A DNA stretch of 64,000 nucleotides from Clostridiales bacterium (GTDB lineage Bacteria; Bacillota; Dehalobacteriia; UBA4068), in the NCBI GenBank assembly GCA_040767605.1, contig JAXGOI010000001.1:1124607-1188606 (forward strand), in the 5' to 3' direction. Both the position numbers and the translations under genes were made by a program. Each line of letters starts with the position of its first letter. The stretch's first letter is position 1. Under the pieces are notes generated by a model that made no database searches, was not told the origin of the DNA, and worked only from the letters and a program-made list of their open reading frames with translations. Below are positions 21,386-31,598 of this stretch, in pieces.

Positions 21386-21677
21386 CCGGTTTTTTGGCGG
21401 GCAAAAAAACCCAATAATAGGCAAGAAGAATTTGCCGTGATTTAATCAGCAGAAAAATAAAAAATAAATCAATCAAAATAAGCCCGTTTTAACCCCCGGC
21501 GGTGCCAATTGGCCTGGCGGCTGAAAGAGAAATTTTACAGATTATTCTAATAGGAATAGTTCTTTGCCGATATGGACAAAAACCGGGTTTGGTGCTAAAA
21601 TAGTTAGGTATGAATATATTAGTCTTTACATATTAAAATGTATTATTTAGGCTAAATAACCATAAAGGAGCAGAACC

Positions 21678-23345
21678 ATGCTTATAACTGGCGGAGAGAT
21701 AGTAGTTAATGCTTTAAAGAAAGAGGGAGTGGATATAGTCTTCGGCTATCCGGGGGGCGCCGCATTACCCCTTTACGATGCCCTGTATAATTCCGGCATC
21801 AGCCATATTCTTACCCGGCATGAGCAGGGGGCTGTTCACGCTGCAGATGGCTATGCCCGCGCCAGCGGCAAAGTTGGGGTCTGTTTTTCCACCTCCGGGC
21901 CGGGGGCCACAAATTTAATAACCGGAATAGCCACCGCGTATATGGATTCTATCCCTCTTGTTTGTATTACCTGCCAGGTTGCTTCCAGCCTTTTAGGTAA
22001 GGATTCCTTTCAGGAGGCGGATGTTACCGGGATTACAACCCCCATTACAAAGCATAACTTTATGGTAAATGATAAGGATTCCCTATGCCAAATTATGGCG
22101 GAGGCTTTTTATATTGCCAAAAGCGGCCGCCCGGGGCCTGTTGTAATAGATATTCCCAAGGATATTTTTACCCAGCAAGCCTGGTATGATTACCCGGGCA
22201 AGGTAGCCCTAAAAGGGTATCGCCCTCAAATTACCGGCAATGCCGGGGATATTACCCTGGTTGCTAATGCTCTGGCCGCGGCTAAGCGCCCGCTGCTGTT
22301 TATTGGGGGCGGGGCTGTTACCGCCGGTATTGCTGAGGATGTGGAAAAATTGCTGGATAAAACAGGTATGCCCTTTATCAGCAGCCTTATGGGCTTGGCT
22401 GTTATGCCTAAAAACCATAAGCAGAATTTAGGAATGGTGGGTATGCACGGAACTTATGCCGCCAATATGGCGGTAACAAATTGCGATTTGCTTATTGCCT
22501 TAGGGGCCCGCTTTGATGACAGGGTTACGGGTATTGTAAGCAAATTTGCCCCCCTGGCAAAAATAGCTCATTTTGATGTTGACCCCTCTGAAATAAATAA
22601 AATAGTTAAAACCCGTTATAGGGTTTTGGGAGATTTGCGCTGGTCCGCCCCGCTTTTGGCTGAAATGGCCCAGGAGGCGAATAATGAAAACTGGCTTAAT
22701 CAAACCAAAGCCTGGATGAGCCAGCGCCCCCTAAAATATAAGGATGATTCCAAACTTCTTAAACCTCAGGCTGTTATCGAGGCCGTTAATTCCTATTTGG
22801 CGGATGATGCCATTATTGTAACGGATGTAGGGCAGCATCAGATGTGGGCCGCCCACTATTGTGATTTTAAAAGCCCCCGGGGTTTTCTTACCTCAGGCGG
22901 CTTAGGCACTATGGGCTATGGTTTGCCTGCCGCCATTGGGGCCGCTTTAAATAACCCCAAGCGGGAGGTTTGGTTCTTTACCGGGGACGGCAGCCTAATG
23001 ATGAATTGCCAGGAGATTATTACGGCTGTGGAATTGGAATTGCCCATAAAAGTTATTATTTTAAATAATCAGGGCTTAGGTATGGTACGCCAATGGCAAA
23101 GGCTTTTCTTTAATAATCGTTACAGCAACTCCAAGCATCAAAAACCGGCGGATTTTGTCCGGCTGGCGGAAGCCTTTGATGCCACAGGCATAAATGTAAC
23201 AGAAAAAGAAGATTTAAATCAGGCCCTCTCTAAGGCTAAAGCTTCTGCCACCCCCATATTCCTTAATGTTCGGGTAGAAGACGATGAGGATGTTCTGCCC
23301 ATGGTGGCGCCTAATGCGGCTTTAGACCAAATGATAGAAGAATAA
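21678..23345 (+). CDS. ilvB: acetolactate synthase large subunit
   Basis: TPP enzyme motifs (GYPGGA, GPGATN, GDGS...N), 555 aa. Confidence 0.9.
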   Translation: MLITGGEIVVNALKKEGVDIVFGYPGGAALPLYDALYNSGISHILTRHEQGAVHAADGYARASGKVGVCFSTSGPGATNLITGIATAYMDSIPLVCITCQVASSLLGKDSFQEADVTGITTPITKHNFMVNDKDSLCQIMAEAFYIAKSGRPGPVVIDIPKDIFTQQAWYDYPGKVALKGYRPQITGNAGDITLVANALAAAKRPLLFIGGGAVTAGIAEDVEKLLDKTGMPFISSLMGLAVMPKNHKQNLGMVGMHGTYAANMAVTNCDLLIALGARFDDRVTGIVSKFAPLAKIAHFDVDPSEINKIVKTRYRVLGDLRWSAPLLAEMAQEANNENWLNQTKAWMSQRPLKYKDDSKLLKPQAVIEAVNSYLADDAIIVTDVGQHQMWAAHYCDFKSPRGFLTSGGLGTMGYGLPAAIGAALNNPKREVWFFTGDGSLMMNCQEIITAVELELPIKVIILNNQGLGMVRQWQRLFFNNRYSNSKHQKPADFVRLAEAFDATGINVTEKEDLNQALSKAKASATPIFLNVRVEDDEDVLPMVAPNAALDQMIEE

Positions 23346-23395
23346 AGCCCAAATAAAATTATTCGCGGCTTAGGAGAGTAAAAAAGGAGGCTATT

Positions 23396-23902
23396 ATGAA
23401 GCAGAGTCTTTCCGTATTAGTAGAAAACCGCCCCGGGGTTTTAACCCATGTTTCGGCCCTTATTTCCCGCCGGGGCTATAATATTGAAACCATTGCGGCA
23501 TCTTCAACAGAGGTGCCGGACGTAACGAGAATTTCCCTGGTTATGGATGTCAGCTCTCATCAGGAGCTGGAGCAGATTCTTGCCCAGCTGGAGAAGTTAA
23601 TTCATGTAATTAAGGTTCTGGATTTATCTACAACCGATAAAATAGGCAGAGAAATGGCTTTAATAAAAGTCCGGGCTCAGGCGGAGGCCAGGGGGGATAT
23701 TACAAATGTTTGTGATATTTTCCGGGCTAAAATTGTAGATGTTCACCCCGAGACGGTGGTAATTGAGGTTACCGGGGAAAGCACTAAAATTGATGCCTTT
23801 TGTGACCTGATGGGAAAATACGGCATTGTGGAAATTATCCGTACCGGAGAAATTTTCCTTACCCGCTATTCCCATTCTGCCTTGGAAGGTATTTGTGATT
23901 AG
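23396..23902 (+). CDS. ilvN: acetolactate synthase small (regulatory) subunit
   Basis: ACT domain N-terminus LSVLVENRPGVLTHVSALISRRGYNIETI; 168 aa. Confidence 0.9.
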   Translation: MKQSLSVLVENRPGVLTHVSALISRRGYNIETIAASSTEVPDVTRISLVMDVSSHQELEQILAQLEKLIHVIKVLDLSTTDKIGREMALIKVRAQAEARGDITNVCDIFRAKIVDVHPETVVIEVTGESTKIDAFCDLMGKYGIVEIIRTGEIFLTRYSHSALEGICD

Positions 23903-23941
23903 TTTTAATTAAGGGTAATGTTACAGGCGGAGGCGCTAGGG

Positions 23942-24928
23942 ATGAAAATAGGTATACCAAAAGCATTGCTTTATTATTATTATTACCCCCTTTGGAAGGC
24001 TTTTTTTGAGGAATTAGGCCATGAGGTTATTGTATCCTCCACCACAAATAAGTTTTCTATAAACGAAGGGTCTAAAGTCAGCGTTCCCGAAATTTGCGTC
24101 CCCATCAAGGTTTATAACGGCCATGTGCTGGAGCTTTTAGATAAAGGGGTAGATTATATTTTTGCCCCCCGAATGGTAACGGTAGAGAAGGATAAAACTT
24201 TTTGCCCTAAATTTTTAGGCTTACCCGATATGCTTCGCTATACCTTCCCCAAAGAGGTAGGGCGCTTTATTTGCCCGAATATTTCCGGGGAGAGCGAGTG
24301 GCAGGCTAAGGCGGAGGATTTAAAAAAGGCGAATTTATTAAACCGTTACAGCCAGGTGGAATTAAGCAGAGCCTGGCAAAAAGGGGTGGAAATTTGGCGG
24401 CATTTCCGAAATATTTGCCGCCGGGGTTATAGAATAGACGAGGCCTTAAAGCTTTATTTAAGCCCTAAGCTCCCCCCGCTTAAGGAATGGACGGGTAAAA
24501 TTAATATCGGTCTTGTAGGCTATGTATATGATATTTATGATGAATTTGTAGGTATGGAAACCCCGAAGCGCCTCAGCGATATGGGGGCCAATGTATTTAC
24601 CTTTGAAATGCTTAAAAATAAAGATATTGATAAGCAAATAGCCCCTATGAAGAAGTCCCTGTTTTGGACATTCTCCAATAAGGCTTTCGGCGTCGGGCTG
24701 CATTTTTATTCGGACCCTAAAATTGACGGCATTATTCATTTAACGGCCTTTGGCTGCGGGCCGGATTCCCTCTCCGGCAAAATGATGGAGCTGGATTCTT
24801 CTATTTATGCCAAGCCTTTTTTAACCGTAAGGGTGGATGAGCAAAGCGGAGAAAATCATCTTCAAACAAGAATAGAAGCATTTGTGGATATGCTTCTGCA
24901 TAAAAAATATAAAGATTCTATTGCTTAA
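23942..24928 (+). CDS. acyl-CoA dehydratase activase-related protein (DUF2229-like, N-terminal-type module)
   Basis: characteristic N-terminus MKIGIPKALLYYYYYPLWKAFFEELG; 15-40 nt downstream of ilvN. Confidence 0.65.
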   Translation: MKIGIPKALLYYYYYPLWKAFFEELGHEVIVSSTTNKFSINEGSKVSVPEICVPIKVYNGHVLELLDKGVDYIFAPRMVTVEKDKTFCPKFLGLPDMLRYTFPKEVGRFICPNISGESEWQAKAEDLKKANLLNRYSQVELSRAWQKGVEIWRHFRNICRRGYRIDEALKLYLSPKLPPLKEWTGKINIGLVGYVYDIYDEFVGMETPKRLSDMGANVFTFEMLKNKDIDKQIAPMKKSLFWTFSNKAFGVGLHFYSDPKIDGIIHLTAFGCGPDSLSGKMMELDSSIYAKPFLTVRVDEQSGENHLQTRIEAFVDMLLHKKYKDSIA

Positions 24929-25012
24929 TTTGCCTGAATAAGCCTTAAATGGCCTTGCCTAAGGCTTATTCAGCGAATATATTTTACCCTAAACCCGGAT
25001 TTGAGGTGTATT

Positions 25013-26125
25013 ATGAAATTATCTTTCCCTTATATGGGCGAAGCAACAGTAGCCTATAAAAAACTTGCCACCATGCTGGGGCATGAGCTTATACCCCCCC
25101 CTAAGCCCACAAAAAAAACAATCGATTTGGGGGTAAAGTACGCCCCGGAATTTGCCTGTTTCCCTTTAAAGGTTCTTATGGGCACCTATTTGGAAGAAAT
25201 AGAAATGGGAGCGGAAACTATTATTTCCTCCGGCGGCCACGGCCCCTGCCGGGCCGGGTATTATGGGGAGGTACATAAAAAGATTTTGCAATCCCTGGGT
25301 TATGATAATATACGGGTTATAATTTTAGACAGTATTTGGGATGATACCTTGCGCTTTATCAGCGATGCCAAGCATATTAAAGGCAAAAATTCTATTTTTA
25401 GGCTGGGGCAGGTGCTGCGCCTGGTTTATAATTCCATTAAGCTTTTAGACAACACCGAGCAAAGGATTACCTCCTTAAGGGCCTATGAAAAACGCCCGAA
25501 TACGGTAAACAGAGCCTGGGAAGAGGCCCTAGACCTGATAGACAGGGTAGAATCCATGGCTCAGCTTTCTAAAACCGCCCAAGATATAGATGAAATAATC
25601 AAAGGGGTTGAAATTAACCCCGTAGCCGAGGAAGACCGCATCAGAATAGGGATTGTCGGCGAAATTTATGTGGTAATGGAAAGCTCGGTAAATATGGAAA
25701 TGGAGAAAAAGCTGGGAGAGCTTGGCTGCGAGGTTCGCCGTTCCCAGTACCTTTCAGACTGGATAGATTTTAACGCCATTCCCCATTTCATCAGCCGCCC
25801 CCATGAGCTTGAGGTGGAAAGATTGGGCAGAGAATATTTCCCTATCCCTATTGGCGGCCATGCCCAGGGCAATATGGGCTGGATTAAGCAATATCATCAA
25901 TGGGGCTATGACGGGGTTGTGCATTTGCTCCCCTTCGGCTGCCTTCCGGAATTAATGTCTCAAAGTATAATTCCGGCTATTTCCAAAGAATTAAATATCC
26001 CGATTATTTCCTTTGCCTTGGATGAACAAAGCGGCCTTGCCAATAATCTTACCAGGCTGGAAGCCTTTGTGGATTTGGTAAAGGCCCAAAAGCCCCAGAT
26101 TTCTCAAATTAAGAGGGCGGTGTAA
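25013..26125 (+). CDS. acyl-CoA dehydratase activase-related protein (DUF2229/HGD-D-like second module)
   Basis: FPYMG...YAPEFACFPLK...SGGHGPCRAGYYGE motifs typical of the second conserved module of YjiM-like proteins. Confidence 0.6.
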   Translation: MKLSFPYMGEATVAYKKLATMLGHELIPPPKPTKKTIDLGVKYAPEFACFPLKVLMGTYLEEIEMGAETIISSGGHGPCRAGYYGEVHKKILQSLGYDNIRVIILDSIWDDTLRFISDAKHIKGKNSIFRLGQVLRLVYNSIKLLDNTEQRITSLRAYEKRPNTVNRAWEEALDLIDRVESMAQLSKTAQDIDEIIKGVEINPVAEEDRIRIGIVGEIYVVMESSVNMEMEKKLGELGCEVRRSQYLSDWIDFNAIPHFISRPHELEVERLGREYFPIPIGGHAQGNMGWIKQYHQWGYDGVVHLLPFGCLPELMSQSIIPAISKELNIPIISFALDEQSGLANNLTRLEAFVDLVKAQKPQISQIKRAV

Positions 26126-26129
26126 ATAA

Positions 26130-27098
26130 GTGAAGAAAAAGACATTTATCGGCATAGATATCGGCTCTGTAAGCACAAATTTAGTGGTGTTGGATGAAAA
26201 CTTTGAGGTATTATTTTCCCGCTATGTTCGTACCAGCGGCCAGCCTGTGGAATCTGTTAAGGGCGCTTTAAGAGAATTAACTCAAGACCATATGGATATG
26301 GAAATCTGCGGTGTCGGCACCACAGGCAGCGGCCGTCAATTAGTCGGCCTTATGGTAGGGGCCGATGTGGTTAAAAATGAAATTACAGCCCATGCCACGG
26401 CAACAACCCATTTCTTCCCCGATGTAAATACAATTTTTGAAATCGGCGGGCAGGATTCTAAAATAATTATTATTAAAGACGGCATAGTGGTAGATTTTGC
26501 CATGAACAGCGTTTGCGCCGCCGGCACCGGCTCCTTTTTAGATCATCAGGCGGAAAGGCTGCAAATTCCCATTGAAAAGTTTGGCAAGCTTGCCCTTACC
26601 GCCCAAAGAGATGTAAGAATAGCCGGCCGCTGCACCGTTTTTGCGGAATCTGATATGATTGCCAAGCAGCAATACGGCTTTTCCAAGGCCGAAATTATTA
26701 AGGGCCTTTGCGGGGCCCTGGTAAGGAATTATATAACTAATTTAGGGCGAGGTAAAAATTTGCGGCCGCCCTTTGTTTTTCAGGGCGGGGTAGCGGCTAA
26801 TGAGGGGATTGTAGCCGCCTTTGAAAAGGAAATGGGCCATAAGGTTCTGGTTCCGGAGCATTATGGCATTATGGGGGCAATCGGGGTGGCTATTTTAGCC
26901 GCGGAGAATTATTATCAAACAAATAAGCCCAGCAGCTTCAGGGGCCTCGATATGGCGGATTTAGATTTTGTCTCCTCCAGCTTTGAATGCGAGGGCTGCT
27001 CCAATTGTTGTGAGGTTATACAGGTTTCTTTGGATAATAAAGTTGTGGCCTCTCTGCGGGATCGCTGCGGCAAATGGAGCGAGGCTTCAAACGGCTAG
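26130..27098 (+). CDS. BadF/BadG/BcrA/BcrD-type ATPase (CoA-substrate-specific enzyme activase), with extra C-terminal Cys cluster
   Basis: GIDIGSVSTNLVVLD actin-fold ATPase motif; C-terminal CEGCSNCC...C; GTG start. Confidence 0.8.
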   Translation: MKKKTFIGIDIGSVSTNLVVLDENFEVLFSRYVRTSGQPVESVKGALRELTQDHMDMEICGVGTTGSGRQLVGLMVGADVVKNEITAHATATTHFFPDVNTIFEIGGQDSKIIIIKDGIVVDFAMNSVCAAGTGSFLDHQAERLQIPIEKFGKLALTAQRDVRIAGRCTVFAESDMIAKQQYGFSKAEIIKGLCGALVRNYITNLGRGKNLRPPFVFQGGVAANEGIVAAFEKEMGHKVLVPEHYGIMGAIGVAILAAENYYQTNKPSSFRGLDMADLDFVSSSFECEGCSNCCEVIQVSLDNKVVASLRDRCGKWSEASNG

Positions 27099-27130
27099 TT
27101 TTTGCGCCCTTTGGGTAAAATAAAAACAAT

Positions 27131-27160
27131 AAAAAAAGCCCGGCATGCCCGGGCTTTTCT
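27131..27160. terminator. bidirectional terminator hairpin between convergent genes
   Basis: AAAAAAAGCCCGG-CATGC-CCGGGCTTTTCTATTTTG. Confidence 0.65.
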
Positions 27161-27199
27161 ATTTTGTGCTTGCTTAATTCTTTTAACTTAGCTTTGCTT

Positions 27200-27892
27200 T
27201 TAGCTGAAGAAACCCCCGGAGCCTATTTGGGGAACCCGGATTTGGGTTGCCTTTTCAACTCTGGTGCCGGCGCAGTCATTGCAATCCGCATCAGGGCGGG
27301 CTTTTTCCTCACAGGGCAGGGTAGTGGCAGGTAATGTACAGAGGCAATGCTCCTGAACAACGGTTTGGCGCAGGCAAATTCTGGCGCCGACTACAACACT
27401 GACTACTACATAATCCCGCTCCACATGGGTAATAATCGCCGAAAGTACTAAAATACGGCTATTTTGGGTATCCAGCACGGAATAGGGGGTGCATTTTAAG
27501 CCAACAGTATGGAGGGAGGTAAAAGTTTGGCTTATATAAGGGGGGTCACATTCGCATAGAGAAGCGCAGGGGTCTAAAAACTTAATGGGGTAACGGGTCA
27601 GTACGGTGGAAAGGCAGGTTCCGTTTAATTCTTCCCGGTTTACCTCAGTACTTGTAACATCGCCGTCAATTTGAATATCAAGCTGTCTGCCCAGCTTGAG
27701 GTTGGAAAGATCGCAGCATTGTGAAATGGGGACTATGATATCCTTTTGTACCTCCTCAAATTTGCAGCAGCTGTCTATAACCGTATTTATCAGCGCCTTA
27801 ATTAAAGAAGGGGGAACATCCATCCGGCACCCATTACCCACCCTGGAGTTTTGGGCTGCGGGGCTTACTTTGTTGTTGGGATAGCATTTCAT
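27200..27892 (-). CDS. cysteine-rich hypothetical protein (about 20 Cys, many CC/CxC pairs)
   Basis: start moved to MKCYPNN with SD GAGAGGTG; no recognised family. Confidence 0.5.
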   Translation of the reverse strand: MKCYPNNKVSPAAQNSRVGNGCRMDVPPSLIKALINTVIDSCCKFEEVQKDIIVPISQCCDLSNLKLGRQLDIQIDGDVTSTEVNREELNGTCLSTVLTRYPIKFLDPCASLCECDPPYISQTFTSLHTVGLKCTPYSVLDTQNSRILVLSAIITHVERDYVVVSVVVGARICLRQTVVQEHCLCTLPATTLPCEEKARPDADCNDCAGTRVEKATQIRVPQIGSGGFFS

Positions 27893-28102
27893 GGTAAGCA
27901 ACACCTCTCAAAATAGTTTTTCTATACTCAGTTTATGCCGCAAGGCCTTTGCTTGTTAATATTGTCCGGCAAGAAGGGGCTAAAATATAAAAAAAATAAA
28001 GTAACCTTAGGGCTATGTCTTTTATATACTAAATGTAATGGCAGGGTTTTTAATAAGCCGCTGCCATAAGCCGCTTACTAAAAGTAAGCGTTAATATAAA
28101 AA

Positions 28103-28140
28103 AGACGGCTCTGCCATAATAGCAAAGCCGTCTTTTTTAA
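28103..28140. terminator. terminator hairpin flanked by A and T runs
   Basis: AAAAAAGACGGCtctgccataatagcaaaGCCGTCTTTTTT. Confidence 0.6.
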
Positions 28141-28239
28141 TAATAAATTAATAAACTAAGAGTAATAGCCTAAAAAAACTAATTGCTAAAGGAGATAAAT
28201 ATAAAAACGGGAACAATAAATATGGGGTAAATGTCTTAT

Positions 28240-28989
28240 TTATGGTTTAGCACCGGCCGGGAGCTCCTTAAGGGTTTCGGCAACTTTGCCGATGGCCGAG
28301 GCTAAAAAGGGCTTATAATAGCTTTTTAAAGAAAGGCTTATTTCTAAAATCAAATCCGCCATGGCCGGAATATCCGGAGTGCCGCCTTTACGCTTAAGGG
28401 AGGCAGCCTGTTTTTGAGCTAAAGTTTCAGGGCTTACTTTGTGTAAGGCAAAAATATCGCCGGCGCGGCTAAAAACGGCAATAAAATTTTGCGAAGGTAT
28501 TTTTGTATAGGCCCGGAGTATATTACTAACCTCAACAGAGGCTGTTTTATCTTCCAAGGCGGCAAGTATTTCTAAATTTAAACCGGGGTTTTCTTCCAAA
28601 ACCAAAAGCTCCAGAGCCATTTCAATAAAATTGTGGGCCTTCCACCAGATTAAATTATCGGCAAGGCCTGTGGCCTTTTTTACTTTTGGCATCCAGGGTA
28701 CCCCTTGCTGAAAGCACCAGCCCTTTTCCCCTCCGGGCCAGTATTCATCGGCAAAAAAATCCATGCCGGGGGGCTTATTCCCATGGCAGATTATCCCTTT
28801 GGCCAAAGGCAGCCCTATAGGGGCGTTTTCCAAACACCAGGCGTAGAAATCCCCCCCCATTTCATGGGCGGCATCCCGGTTCATGCCGGCATTTATGGCC
28901 AAATCCGGAAAAATCCCCCCAAAAACCATAAAAGGGTGAATCTGGGAATGCAATAATTTATTGGCATAATGATGAACAATAGGGAACAT
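28240..28989 (-). CDS. hypothetical protein, possible metal-dependent hydrolase (His/Asp-rich N-terminal half)
   Basis: 249 aa; MFPIVHHYANKLLH...FPDLAINAG; family not recognised. Confidence 0.45.
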   Translation of the reverse strand: MFPIVHHYANKLLHSQIHPFMVFGGIFPDLAINAGMNRDAAHEMGGDFYAWCLENAPIGLPLAKGIICHGNKPPGMDFFADEYWPGGEKGWCFQQGVPWMPKVKKATGLADNLIWWKAHNFIEMALELLVLEENPGLNLEILAALEDKTASVEVSNILRAYTKIPSQNFIAVFSRAGDIFALHKVSPETLAQKQAASLKRKGGTPDIPAMADLILEISLSLKSYYKPFLASAIGKVAETLKELPAGAKP

Positions 28990-29154
28990 TTTAAACCTCC
29001 CGAAGAAAATAATAGCTATAAGCGGAAAAAAGCAGGGGCTGAATCAAACTGCTTTTCAAAACCGCCGCCATAGTTTATTATAAAGGTAATTAAGCTAAAA
29101 ATATACTTAAAAATAAAAGGAGAATAATAATAAATCTAAAACTAATAATAAAGG

Positions 29155-30195
29155 ATGATATTAATGGCGCAAAATACCGGGGGTAATAACCCGTTAAAGG
29201 GGGGCTCTTTTAAAGGGGGCCCTGTTAAAGAAAGGATAAAAATGCACAGTAAGGATACTTTAGGGCAAAATACTGCCCCGGGGGGCGGCGCCCCCGGCCA
29301 TTTAAAAAAGTCAGGGGGGCTTTTTTTAAATACCCCGTGGAATAAGCATATACTGTATATAGGCTTAATTACTTTAGCCAGCTTAATAGATGTTATTGCC
29401 TACATAATTTTTGTGCAGGCAAATACATTTTTGCCGGGGGGAATTTGGGGTATTGCCGCAATTTTCCGCTATTTTTGGGGGGGCATTCCCTTTGGGGTTT
29501 ATTTGCTTACCCTTAATACTCCCCTGCTTATTTGGGGCTGGAGACAAATGGATTTGCGCTTTGCCGTATACACCCTTTTTGCCATGATTCTCCAAAGTGT
29601 GCTTTTAATTGTTTTAGAGCCCTTTTTGCCGGTTTATCAAAGCAATCTTCTTTTGGCCTGTATTTTCGGGGGTGCTTTAACCGGCCTGGGGGCAGGGATT
29701 TTAGTCCGTTTTCATGCAAGCGGCGGCGGAATTGATATTGTAGGGCTGATTATGAAAAAGAAATACGATATAAGCGTGGGGGCGGTATCTTTTGGCGCCA
29801 ACGTGGTAATAGTCTCTATTGCGGCCCTGCTTTTTGGTGTGGAAAAAGCCATGTACACCATTGTTTTTCTTTTTATTGTTTCGGCGGTTTTTGATAAAGT
29901 TCTGGAGGGCTTTAATTCCAAGAGAAATGTTATGGTTATCAGCCTAAAAGGGGAGGAGCTGGCAAAACATTTTATGGAGGAGCTGGGCAGAGGGGTTACC
30001 CTTATTAAGGGAAGGGGCGGCTACAGCCATGAGGAAAAAGATGTGCTTATTTGTGTTGTAAGCCGTTTTGAGCTGATAGCATTGAAAGAAATAATTAAAA
30101 AAATAGACCCGGATGCCTTTGCCTTTATTAATGATGTCCATGATGTAATGGGTCTATTCCCCAGAAAAGGCAAAGAAGGCGGTTTTACTTTATAG
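29155..30195 (+). CDS. YitT family membrane protein (DUF161 plus C-terminal DUF2179) with Gly-rich N-terminal extension
   Basis: TM core HILYIGLITLASLIDVIAYIIFVQANTFLPGGIWGIAAI... typical of YitT; the true start may be downstream (MHSKD at about 29239). Confidence 0.7.
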   Translation: MILMAQNTGGNNPLKGGSFKGGPVKERIKMHSKDTLGQNTAPGGGAPGHLKKSGGLFLNTPWNKHILYIGLITLASLIDVIAYIIFVQANTFLPGGIWGIAAIFRYFWGGIPFGVYLLTLNTPLLIWGWRQMDLRFAVYTLFAMILQSVLLIVLEPFLPVYQSNLLLACIFGGALTGLGAGILVRFHASGGGIDIVGLIMKKKYDISVGAVSFGANVVIVSIAALLFGVEKAMYTIVFLFIVSAVFDKVLEGFNSKRNVMVISLKGEELAKHFMEELGRGVTLIKGRGGYSHEEKDVLICVVSRFELIALKEIIKKIDPDAFAFINDVHDVMGLFPRKGKEGGFTL

Positions 30196-30305
30196 CCTGT
30201 TATCAGATTTACGGGGCTTACTTTTTTATTTACTTCTTTTTTGAAGGAGGCATATCCTTTAAGCCTGAAGAAGAAAGTTCTGCCTGGCGGGGATGGTGTA
30301 AAAAA

Positions 30306-31598
30306 ATGAAAAGAGCGGTTGTTTTAGGCGGGGGCGGCTCCCGCGGGTCATATCAAATAGGTGTTTGGCAGGGAATAAGAGAATTAGAGCTGGAATATCA
30401 AATTGTTACGGGTACATCCGTCGGCGCCTTAAACGGCGCCTTAATGGTTCAGGGGGATTATGAGCGGGCCAAAGAAATTTGGAGCAGAATCAGCCTTAAG
30501 GATGTGCTGGATATTGATTTGACGGATTTGGATTTAAAAAAGAAAGACCACCGCAAACAGCTGTTTAATATTTTTTTTAAAGAAAAGGCCGAAAAATGGG
30601 GGGCGGATTTAAACGCTCTTTCTCATACTATGGATAATTATATCTCAGAGGAGGCCTTTTTTGCCTCCGGGGTGGATTTTGCCCTTATGACTGTAAAATA
30701 TCCCTCCTTTAAGCCGGTTCCTGTTTTTAAAGGGGATATACCCCCCGGTATGCTAAAAGATTATTTGCTGGCCTCCGCGGCTCTTTTCCCCGCTTTTCAG
30801 GCTCAAAAGGTAGGCAAGGATATTTATATTGACGGCGGCTATTATGATAATATGCCGGTTAACCTGGCCTTGGATATGGGGGCCCAAGAGGTTTTAGCGG
30901 TGGATCTCAGGGCCTTTGGTAAAATTCAAAGAGTTAAGAGGACTAAAGCGTTTATAAAATATATCCGACCCTATAATCCTTTGGGCACTCTGCTAAGCTT
31001 TAATGAAACCCTGGCAAAAAGGAATATGCGCCTGGGTTATCTGGATACCCTTAAGGCCCTGGGGCATTTAGAGGGTATCGGTTTCAGTTTTTACCTAGGG
31101 GAAAGTAAAAAAAATCCTCAGGAATTGGGGGAGGCCTTTAAAGAGGGCTTAAGGCTTTTAGATGATTCAAAAAAAACCCCTCTTTCCCGCCTTGCCGTAG
31201 CCAGAGTTTGCAAGCTTTTAGGGCTTAATAAGAATAAAGGTGATTATTTAGAGCTCCTGCCCTGGGGCGCTCAATATGCCGGGGAGATTTTTAATCTTGA
31301 AGATACTAAAATATATTTTTATCAGGAATATAATTACCGGCTTTTAGATTCTTATAAAGAATTTATAAAAAAATGGGAACAGCTTATGCCTGGGCCGGGA
31401 ATCTTTAATTCCGGAGAAATTAAGGACAAGCTGGCTCTTTTAGATAAAAGAGCTGTCAGCGCCTTTTTAGTTTGGTTAATTAATCAGGTGGATGAGGGTA
31501 AAATCCCCGCCTGGGATTTACAGGCCCTGGCCTTTGCCTTCGGCAAAGAAACGGCGGCGGCTTTATATATAAGGTGCCTGCTTTCTCTGGAGGTTTAA
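30306..31598 (+). CDS. patatin-like phospholipase family protein
   Basis: GGGSRGSYQIGV oxyanion motif and GTSVGA lipase serine motif. Confidence 0.85.
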   Translation: MKRAVVLGGGGSRGSYQIGVWQGIRELELEYQIVTGTSVGALNGALMVQGDYERAKEIWSRISLKDVLDIDLTDLDLKKKDHRKQLFNIFFKEKAEKWGADLNALSHTMDNYISEEAFFASGVDFALMTVKYPSFKPVPVFKGDIPPGMLKDYLLASAALFPAFQAQKVGKDIYIDGGYYDNMPVNLALDMGAQEVLAVDLRAFGKIQRVKRTKAFIKYIRPYNPLGTLLSFNETLAKRNMRLGYLDTLKALGHLEGIGFSFYLGESKKNPQELGEAFKEGLRLLDDSKKTPLSRLAVARVCKLLGLNKNKGDYLELLPWGAQYAGEIFNLEDTKIYFYQEYNYRLLDSYKEFIKKWEQLMPGPGIFNSGEIKDKLALLDKRAVSAFLVWLINQVDEGKIPAWDLQALAFAFGKETAAALYIRCLLSLEV

